From Isurus oxyrinchus (taxonomy: Eukaryota): DNA of 64,000 nucleotides. Position 1 is the first letter of the stretch; each line of letters opens with the position of its first letter. Both the position numbers and the translations under genes were made by a program. The stretch is from assembly GCA_026770705.1 (NCBI GenBank), contig JANJGN010000038.1:13888001-13952000 (forward strand), read 5' to 3'. This document shows positions 54,916-64,000 of the stretch, in pieces. The notes below the pieces were generated by a model. The model made no database searches. It was not told the origin of the DNA and worked only from the letters and a program-made list of their open reading frames with translations.

Positions 54916-55090
54916 TCGCACGTGCAGTAATGCAACGCTCTCAGTTTTGATGTATACACAACACAACATTGTTCTTTTAAGCCTTTTATAACTAAACCCA
55001 TCCAAATCACTGAGAAACCGAAAACTTGCTGCTAAACCCGTTGAGATATGATGACTTTGTTCTCACTTTTAAAACATAATCTCTGCTGGT

Positions 55091-55173
55091 AGTTTGCGTA
55101 TTACGGGAACCGTCTTCTCGATTGCTGTGGCAGCTACCGTATGTACACAGTGGTACAGTCCAGTGCACAAATA
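55091..55173 (-). other. IgNAR: D1 segment (core 55130-55145, TACATACGGTAGCTGC) with 5' 12-RSS and 3' 23-RSS
   Basis: Plus strand CACAGTG(55146-52)-12-GCACAAATA; minus strand CACAGCA(55129-23)-23-ACGCAAACT. Confidence 0.9.
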
Positions 55174-55363
55174 GGTTCACATGCGGGGCTGTACATTGAA
55201 CAACCACACTTCAAATCCGCATTCTCACTGCGGAGATTTCTGATCTTGAAAATATCACCAGTTATTTACACAACTCCGCCGGTCTCAGATGGGAATCTGT
55301 GGCTGCAACGTTTGAGCGAAAAAACGAAGCAGTTCCTAGTTTAATCACCAGAAGATCCGAGGG

Positions 55364-55401
55364 TGTTCTTGTATGAGCAGAAGTTCAAACTCATTACTGT
55401 G
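55364..55401 (-). other. V 3' recombination signal sequence (22-bp spacer)
   Basis: CACAGTA - 22 nt - ACAAGAACA directly after the last V codon. Confidence 0.92.
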
Positions 55402-55673
55402 AGTTTCAGCTCTGCAGTAAAACGTGACACTGTCTTCAACTGTCAGGTCATTGATTCGCAGGGAAAATGATTTGCTTCCCTTGTCGACTGATTCAACATA
55501 TCGGCCGCCAATGGTTATCCGTTCCCAATTTGTTGATCCCGGGTTTTTCCGGAACCATGATGTAGAGCACAAGCTATAGCTAGTATCCTTTAGGACGCAG
55601 TTGATTGTCAGGGATTCGCCTGTCTCTTTCGTTGCCGTTCTTGGTGTTTGGTCCACTCTAACACTGAAGGTAC
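55402..55673 (-). CDS. IgNAR: VNAR variable exon, germline ([91 protein letters not shown]), type II-like with a CDR1 Cys
   Basis: CATTCAG acceptor at 55674-55680, in frame with the leader. Hallmark VNAR motifs [20 protein letters not shown] and KSFSLRI; canonical C22/W36/C83; short domain lacking CDR2. Confidence 0.97.
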
Positions 55674-55809
55674 CTGAATGGAGAAAATATATTAAAGAAC
55701 TTGCGGGTCTGAAACAATGAAAACATTTAAAGGCAAAGGCAAATTACACAATGCGGGCACAGCCACACTAATTTATCCAGTACATTCTTTTTTAGCGAAC
55801 CGCACTTAC

Positions 55810-55852
55810 TTGGTAACCAGGTTAAAAGGAGCGAAAGGCAGAAAATATTCAT
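55810..55852 (-). CDS. IgNAR: IgNAR leader exon (MNIFCLSLLLTWLP, phase 1)
   Basis: ATG at 55852, 43-nt exon, GTAAG donor at 55809. Hydrophobic signal peptide resembling IgNAR leaders (MNIFLLSVLLA...). Confidence 0.95.
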
Positions 55853-55946
55853 TGTTTCTTCACCAGTGTGGAAAACATAAGCAGAACGAACTCTAGACCT
55901 CAACACCAACTGTTCTGTGTAACGGTGTGTAGCAGAACATCGACCT

Positions 55947-55985
55947 TATAAACATCAAGAGGATGGGCGGATTTGCATAGGGCGG
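55947..55985 (-). promoter_or_regulatory. IgNAR V promoter: octamer ATGCAAAT (55971-55978) flanked by two GC boxes, plus TATA-like box (55947-55952)
   Basis: Plus strand reads GGGCGG-ATTTGCAT-A-GGGCGG, i.e. ATGCAAAT on the coding strand (heavy-chain orientation). TTTATAAG lies ~20 nt downstream and ~95 nt before the leader ATG. Confidence 0.85.
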
Positions 55986-58900
55986 ACTGATAGACCATTA
56001 GCAATGTGGATAGCTTAGGGTTTGCGATAAGTTCGGTTATGACTTCTATGTCCACAGTCACAGTCACACTAGTCGAATCTGCATCCAATTAATGTGGACA
56101 GATCGGCTGACTAAAAATGAAGATACTTCACGGTCACCATGTTCAGCTTGTTTCCATACACGCTGATTGCTTTTCATACTATTTTGTTTGTTTTAATTGT
56201 ACTTTCATGGGGCATGGGCTTCGCTGGCAAGGCCATCATTGGTGAACAATCACTATTTGTGTATTTGAAGGTGGCTCCTTGAATCTCAGCAGTCCATCTT
56301 ATGCAGGTACACACACACTGCTGTTAGCAACAAATTTACAGGACATTGATTCAGCCACAGTGAATGCATGGCGATATAGTTTCAAGTCAGGATGTTGTGA
56401 GGCTTGGAGGAAAACCTGCCGGTCGTAGTGTTATCTTATGTTTGGTGCATATTGTTGTCTTCAAAATGGTTAATGTGGAAGGTTTGGAAGGTGCTTTCGA
56501 TGGAGACTTGGCGAATCGCTGTAGTTCATCTTGCATATCGTAAACGTACATGTTCAACAATTGGCGATGCATTAGTGTTAGATTGATAATCATATCCATG
56601 TTTAAATGTCAGCTTTGTGCACCGAATGAAATAAACAGCTCTCATTGAAATAACGTCTAAGGGAACAGTCATGCCTTTAATGTGACAAATCTATTGACCT
56701 ACCCGTGATAAACAAAGACCGAATGCTTGGTTTGAGCTGTGTTCATGCAAGAAACCTTCCTTGTTTTCCTTTTTTTTTGCTGTGATATTTCGACTTTTGG
56801 TCATGTACAGTTACGCACGCGAAGCTTAAGAAAGCCTTTGATAGGACAGTACTGGAGAATTATGGAAAGATTAAGGAAAAGAGCGCAAATCAATTAAAAT
56901 GCATCACAGCAAGGCCAACAGGGATATCAATATAATCATTGTTGTTGGAAATGGGTAAAACTCTAGCACATGATTCTGTTCTCAGGGCATGTTTGTTCAC
57001 CCCGTAATTCAGTGATATTATTGTGGTTCCCGCTCCAAAATCCCTTTCTTAGCTACTGACTCCAACTAATTCCCCGGCAGCAGGCTCTGTTCATGGCAGT
57101 CTCATTGCAACCTCGATGTCATATTTGATGCGGCAAAGAGCTTCCGACTTCATAATCACATCATATCTAAGATGCACTATTTCCACCCCCATAACATCAC
57201 TTGACTTCGCCCCTGTCTCAGCTCACCCTTGGCCCTTGTCTTCGTTACCTCTAGTTTCAATTATTCCAACGCACTCCTGCCTCCCATATTCTACCCACTG
57301 TAAACTTGAAGTCATGTAAAACTCTGCTGCCCTCATTTTATCTCACAGCAAGTCCCACTCACCCATAATCTCTTTGCTCACGGACTGACATTTACTTCTG
57401 GGCAAGCAACCTTTGAATTTAATATTCTAATCCTTGTTTTCATAAGCCTCCATAGCCTTGCCCATTTCTATATCTATAATCTCCTCCAAACACAAAAACC
57501 CTACAAGAGATCTATGCCTTTATTTCTGGCCTCTTGTACACTCCAAACTTTAATTGCTCCACAGCTGGTGGCCGTGCCTTCAACTGTCTCGAACACAAAC
57601 TCTGAGATGCAGTCCTTACAGCTCTCAGCCTCTCTGCCTCGCTTTATCCATTTAAGGCATTCATTAAACTACCTGTTTGACGAAGCTTTTGGCAATCAGA
57701 CCCAATATCTCCTTATGTGCCTTGATGTCATTCTTTATTTAATAATTCACACAGGGAAACCCCATAGGCCAATGAAAGGCGCTACATTTGATTTTATTAG
57801 TTTTGTTGTTGTTGAGGAGAGTTTTCCGAATGGTGAACGCAACATAAGAAACACTTTTTAATATCTGGAAAACCAAACGGAGTTGGGTAATATGCGGGAA
57901 AGTGCTAATAAGTGGCAGGGGACAGTCAATGCCAATAACATTGAGATGATGCCGTTTGTAAAGAAGGCGCTGGAAATGATACTCTGAAAGAAAATTAGTT
58001 CGGTTTTGGGGAAGAGCAGAGAGTTTATGCAATTTTGGCTCTCCAATATGATATGGACGTTGAGGCTTTAAATGTTGTGCCAAATAGTTTTTGTTGCCTC
58101 ATTCATTCACAGGACGCCTCTGGTAAAACTCATATTTATTTACTGTCCCTAATTGCCCTTTGGAAGTGGTGATGAGCATCTTTCCTGACAAGAATGACTT
58201 ACTTGATAATTTTAGAGAGCAGTTAAAAGCCAGTAACATGGTTAGGCATTTGGGTTTTTGTATATGTGAGACCGGGTGAGAACATAATGGAAATTAGAAA
58301 ACGAAAGGGCCCTCCTCTATAAGAATCCGGTAATATCATCTCAACATTGCTGACTGTAGCAATTTATTTGCAGATTTATTAAAATTACTGAATGTTAATT
58401 CCCAAGCTGCTGGTTTGGTATTTTTACTCATGTTCCTATACTATTAGGCCAGCCTAGAAGGCTTTTTCTTCTGTAGGTTAATCACTCTGCTGCTATTCTT
58501 GATGACTAGAACGATGCCAGTTATGACGATATGTAAATAGGAATAAAACAACTATAAGCTTGGTTATTTTTTTAAAGAAAGCTCTCATTAAGAGTAGATA
58601 AAGCAAACTGTTTAAAACGTCAACGAATTGGTCAGTGTAGATAGATGGGAGCAGGACGTTATTAATGGTTAAGTGATCAAGGAGAGGACAATATTAAAAT
58701 TGAGGGATTTTAAGCAGTAATCGAGTGAAACATCTTCATGCAGAAAGTTGTTGGGCTGCGGGATTTACGAGCAAGTATAATGTTTGATTCATGAGCTATG
58801 TGAACCTGTACGATTAGTCCGGAAGGCGTTTGGAGTTGACGCCACTTTTTCATCTCGTAAACAGAGCTCAAGGAGCCAGGTGCATTGCCTTTGACAGATA

Positions 58901-59769
58901 GAAACGTGCATTACCCCCTAAAAAGCACAAAGCCATGTTAATGTGGATGTATCCCTTGAAAGCAGGGAATAGTACTCTTTTAGCCCTCCAATAGTCGAGC
59001 CTATCGGCATTCATGGGAAGAGTAACTGTAAGATCAAAGGTGCAAGTTTCAAAGAATGTGCTTCCCTCCGGTACCCTTCCCACAAGGCTTTGTAACTCAA
59101 ATCGTCATAACTGAACCGCCCTCTCATAACTTTAGATCATTAATATCGACGGGCGGTAAATCACCGTCCGGATGTACTTTGATACAAACCTGCCAATAAT
59201 CTCCCGAACCATCAACATCCCAATCATTTGTGATTCATAATTGTTAGAACGTGGGCCTTATAATTCGATTCACGCAAGCGCAATGCCCATATGATCAACG
59301 AGTTTTCACGTACTTGGTGTTTGCTGTCCTTAGCTTGGTCATATAAATAAGCTGGCAATATGATAGTGTTAATGGGCATGTTTGAAGTTCATATTATGAA
59401 AACAGCATCAGTTTGATAATAACTGATAGGTGAACTGTACTATTTCTAATTGCTGGTACCACGAGCATTGCAGCTGACGTTAATATTTGCATATTAATGT
59501 TGATGGCGTTAGGAAACCAACATTAAGAGCATCAGGAAGCCATTTTCATTCGCAGAGATTTTAATTGGTTTAATTTAAGCATATGATAACCCAATTATAA
59601 AATGGAATGATGGGCATTATAGGGATCCTAGTACGTCGCACTGATTTCTTCTGACCCAGTTTCAATTATTAACCATCTGCTGTATATGTTGCAGCCACAA
59701 CATGTTACATGGAGTGTATTCCGTGCTACATACAGACTGAGATTGTAATGTAGCTTCCAGAAGATAAAT

Positions 59770-60568
59770 GAAACATAGAAGCAAGGAGCTGGAATAGGCC
59801 ATTCAGTCCTTCGAGACTGCTCTGCCTTTCATTATGATCATGGTTGATTATCCAACTCAATAGCCTGCTTCTGCTTTCTCCTCACACCCTTTGAACCCTT
59901 TCGCCCCAGGAGCTATATCTAACTCCTTGAAAGCACACAAATGTTTTGGTTTCAACTACTTTCTGTGGTAACGAATTCCACAGGCTTACCACTCTCTGGG
60001 TGAAGGAATTTCTCCTCATCTCAGGCCTAAATGGTCTACCTCATATCCTCAGACTGTGACTCCTAGCTCTGGACTCCCCCACCATCGGAAACATTCTTCC
60101 TGCATCTACCCTGTCTAGTCCTCTTAGAATTTTATAGGTTTCTATGAGATCTCCCCTCATTCTTCTGAACTCCAGTGAATATGATCCTAATCGACTCAAC
60201 CTCTCCTCAAATGTCAGTCACGCCATACCAGGATTCATTCGGGCAAATCTTCGCTGCACTCCTTCTATAGCAAGTACATCCTTACTCAGATAAGGAGACC
60301 AAAATTAAACACAATATTCGAGATGTGGTCTCACCAAGGCCCTGTACAATTGCAGCTATACATCCCTGCTCCTGTACTCGAATCCTCTCGGTATGAAGGC
60401 CAACATGCCATTTTCCTTCTTTACCGCCTGCTGCACCTGCATCCTTACCTTCAGCGACTGGTGTACAAGGATCCCCAGGTATCGTTGCAAATTCCCCTCT
60501 CTCAATTTATAGCCATTCAGATAATAATCTGCCTTCCTGTTTTTGAAACCAAAATGGATAATCTCACT
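59770..60568 (-). mobile_element. CR1 LINE 3' fragment upstream of the promoter
   Basis: Closely similar to 25970-26750 (TTCCACAGG.TTACCACTCTCTGGGTGAAG.AATTTCTCCTCATCTC). Confidence 0.88.
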
Positions 60569-61199
60569 GGTTATAGGGAATGTTTTAGCGAGTACAAACG
60601 CACAAAGGGCAGCAATGTAGGACGTGTCCTAGAGTTGGTTGAATGAAATGTACTGGCACTTGAATCTCAGCTCAAATGCCTGAAGCAAAATGACGATGTG
60701 TGATCTCCATTCCCCATTCCCCTGTAACTCCAATTCCACTAAAGCCCATGTTCCCGATTCTGTCTTCAATAGCGTGAGACTAGAACTTTTCTCCTGACTT
60801 TGATGCTCGATTATCCCAAACTCCGTTCCTTATTCCTCTCAAAGATTTCGCATTGGGTTGACTGAACTTTCCCGTTAAATTAATCAAGCACAGCGGGGAC
60901 GGGGCATTAAAATGGGACGAGTCGCTCAAAAGTCCATTGACTCCGGTGGGACCGGAAAATCTCGCCAGCGGGGTGGGCCGAGATTTCCTCCCATAGTGTC
61001 CGGAGTGCATTGTTAAGATTATGGTGAGTCGACAAATTTAGATGCATTTTTGACGATGATACCAGTAAGTAGAAACCAGTGTATCTTGCGACATTGGCCA
61101 TATAGAATTACTGAAACCCTCGAAAAAGGTCGACAGGCACTCAAAAAGAAGCAAAAAGGACGACCCAAAAAGTTATGATAAATGTTACACATTCGGATT

Positions 61200-62560
61200 G
61201 ATTGGATCTGACATGCCGTGGTTCCCCACGTTTGTTATCTGGGTTTTCAAATATCTGCCTTATTTATTGAATACATTGGATGAAAGAATATACATTTAAA
61301 TGTCTAAGCTGCAGAGGGTTGTAAGCATGTGCTCTAGAAAATAGTGCAGGTGGGGGCACAGCATTGCATAGAGGTATCTACAGATTAGGAGTTCGGCTGA
61401 AGCCGGCAGATGGAGATTAATTTGCATAAGTGCGAGGTCACTTTGCTTTCATGCAAGACAAATATATCAAGATGTATTCTACATTCTGATACAACTATAT
61501 ACTGCAGAGGAAGAAGAAAGAGATTTCCAACTACTCATATTTGTTAAAGCTGTACAGAGATGCAACAGCGAATCAAAAAAAAAGGCCAAATGTGCGCTGA
61601 TTTTTATTGACCATTATTGAAGAGAACATTACAGTACAGTTACTGGATATTTTGACAAATAGCTCTGTACGGGTATTCATACTCCACAAAAGCCGCTTTC
61701 CAGTTGAAGCTTTCCGCTTCATGTCAACAGATCAAAATATGTTCACGCCTTCCACTAGCATGTATTCTAGCTTCTCCTAAATTTATTATTAACATTCGTC
61801 ACGACCACACCATGTAAGAACGGGTGCTGAATTTTTGCTAACCTCTGTGTTTCCTGAATAAACTTGAAAAAGTGACAATTATTTGAGAAATGAAGTTGAG
61901 CACACATAAATGCGAAGGGACACATTTTGGTGGGAATAATGTGGATGTAACTTTTAACTTGGAAGATGTAAGTCATAATGGGGTAAATGTGGAATCTAGC
62001 ATGATCGTGGGGTGTTAGTGCATTGTTTTCTAAAGGTTATATCACAAGTTAGCAAGACAATAAAAAACCATCATGAATTCTTTATAGAGGGTTAAATTTG
62101 AAAAGCAGGAACTTTGTGCTTAACCTGTATCGAACCTTGGTTCAACTACACTCGGAGTCGTATGTGCAGTTATGCTCTATGTATTATAAAATTAGAGGGT
62201 ATAGAGGTGCTTAAGAGTGAAAAGAAAATTCACACCGATGTTACCAGAATTTCGTGGATATACATATCAGGAAGGGCTTAGCAGCCAGCGTCAATTTTCC
62301 CTTGATGTAAGGAAGGCTGCATGGTGACATAATAGAGGCCATTATGTTTGCAAGGTTTGGATAGAATCTATACGAAGGAAATACTTTATTTGTTGCTAAA
62401 TAACATAACCAGAAGCTATCATCAAAAGAGAGACAGCAAATCCGGCCTGTAATTCAAAATAAACTTATTCATCCAAAGAGTGATGAAAATTCAGAACTCG
62501 CTACCACAAGCTGAATCGAATAGTAAAGGATTAATTAAGGGGAGCCTAAACAATCCACAT
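61200..62560 (+). mobile_element. Decayed CR1 LINE remnants
   Basis: KCEV-, LYRTLV- and FIQRV..I.NSLP-like remnants with many stops. Confidence 0.55.
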
Positions 62561-62591
62561 AACGGGAGAAAAAATGAAAATGTTAAAAAAA

Positions 62592-62790
62592 AAACTCAGC
62601 AGGTCTGGCAGCATCTACGGAGGAAGAAACAGAATTAACGCTGCGAGTCCGTAGGACCCTTCTTCGGAGTCATGCGGACTCAAAACGTTAATTCTGTTTG
62701 GCTCTCCACAGATGCAGCCAGGCCTGTTGAGGTTTTCCAGTATTTACTGTTTTTGTTTCAGATTTCCAGCATTCGCAGTATTTTGCTTTC
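62592..62790. repeat. Palindromic short interspersed element (hairpin, ~60-bp arms)
   Basis: CTCAGCAGGTCTGGCAGCATCT...AACAGAATTAACG..GAGTCCG pairs with CGGACTC...CGTTAATTCTGTT...AGATGCAGCCAGGCCTGTTGAG. Confidence 0.75.
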
Positions 62791-64000
62791 ACATGCGGAG
62801 ATATTTGGACAGATGTAAAAAAAATGTTTGGTCAGTGTGCTATTAAGAATCTTCGTAAGTAGGGAAAGTGTTGTAGGAATGTGGAGATGTGTCGGGGCGG
62901 AATTACAGCGCCCAGGGCCTTGCCCGTGGAAGGCACAATTATGGAGTGATTAAAATTGAGGGTGTACAACAGACCGGATTTGGTAGCGTTCACTTATCTC
63001 GACGGATAGTAGGCCTGAAGAAAACTATAAAGATAATAAGGGGTGAGGTCACGAAAGGATTTGAAAACCAGAAATAGAATTCTAAAATGCTCACAAATCC
63101 AGATATCAATAAATGTCCCATGAGCTCGAGTGTGTTAAATGTATTATACATTTGGATGCACAGGATAATGCGTGCTTCCAACACAATAGTATTCATCGGT
63201 AAGCTACTGAGCGTCAGTGTTCTTGATATATATGGGTGTTATTGATCCCCAGTGTTCCGCACATACGTTATGCTTTGAAGCCTTATTCATTCACATGGAC
63301 AAGCTTGTGCACACCGTTTCTGCCCACGCCTATATTATTGAATGATTTACTACATATCTCCTGTAGAATGTCTCTTCTGATGAACGGCAAGTGAGACACT
63401 GTCTTCAACATAGTAAGACTGACCGCCCTGGACATTATATAGCTCAACCACAGAGCGTGGAGGGGGCAAAGTTTGCAGATTTTAATACGTAATATAGAAT
63501 TATCTATTTTTTTAAAAAAAAAGCTTTTTTCAAAAACAAAGCTTACTATGGCAATTCGAAACCGGTGCGCTTGAACTTATAAGGGTCAGTGCAACTGACT
63601 CATAACACGGTCCCCTTTATACTCCAGCCAAATGTAAAACAGTAAACATACTATTAATCAACTGACACTTTTTTTTCAACCTGCCTACACGTTTTAATTA
63701 ATCGTAAGCTTGGCTGTTATGTTTTCGCTCCTCTACATTAGCAAACTTCCGCCAGTTTGTAACATTATCCAAGAGCCTGAGATAGTGGCAATATAAAGTG
63801 CAAAGTTGGAGTGGAATTCATGAAATACGTACAAATCATAACTTTCCATCTCAAGAACCAAGGACAGCAATGGATCTAGTTCTAGGAAATGAAATGTTGC
63901 TAGAAGAGCGTGGTTCATTGGGAAAATATTTCAGAAACAGTAATCATAATATCATCATAACAGCGTCAGCTATAGAATTTGGGGATCACCATTTTTCTGA

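Noticed and set aside
56053-56070. CACAGTC heptamer-like repeats upstream of the promoter
   Set aside because: No convincing nonamer at 12 or 22/23 spacing and no adjacent coding segment.
63395-63409. 15-nt match (GACACTGTCTTCAAC) to V FR3, suggesting an upstream V pseudogene
   Set aside because: The flanks show no further similarity to the V exon, and there is no RSS or Ig motif; likely chance.
1-64000. CRISPR arrays, rRNA/tRNA genes, prokaryotic operons
   Set aside because: None seen; the short non-Ig ORFs are retroelement fragments or chance frames in vertebrate non-coding DNA.

Overview
This is vertebrate DNA from a cartilaginous fish (shark-like). It carries one complete, unrearranged germline IgNAR (heavy-chain-only antibody) cluster on the minus strand. 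The order is octamer/TATA promoter (~55947-55985), leader exon, VNAR exon, three D segments and one J with a full set of RSSs (V-22, 12-D1-23, 12-D2-22, 12-D3-12, 23-J), five C exons, secretory tailpiece with polyA signal, and a transmembrane exon at 28236-28393. All traced splice sites are GT-AG and in phase. The 3' flank has been duplicated (1-~10300 vs 16800-~28818), leaving a second, frameshifted TM exon at 9688-9846. The rest is mostly decayed CR1/L2-type LINEs, Deu-domain SINEs, a probable solo LTR and a 160-N assembly gap. The most notable observations are: (i) read-through of the C3 donor encodes a second tailpiece-like peptide ending K-x-C-T-stop, suggesting a short secreted V-C1-C2-C3 isoform; (ii) the tandem TM duplication; (iii) every D segment and the J can donate a cysteine to pair with a CDR1 Cys32; (iv) octamer motifs occur in the promoter and as a pair just 3' of the TM exon. 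No prokaryotic-type features (CRISPR, rRNA, tRNA) were seen. Repeat boundaries are approximate; exon and RSS coordinates were read base by base.
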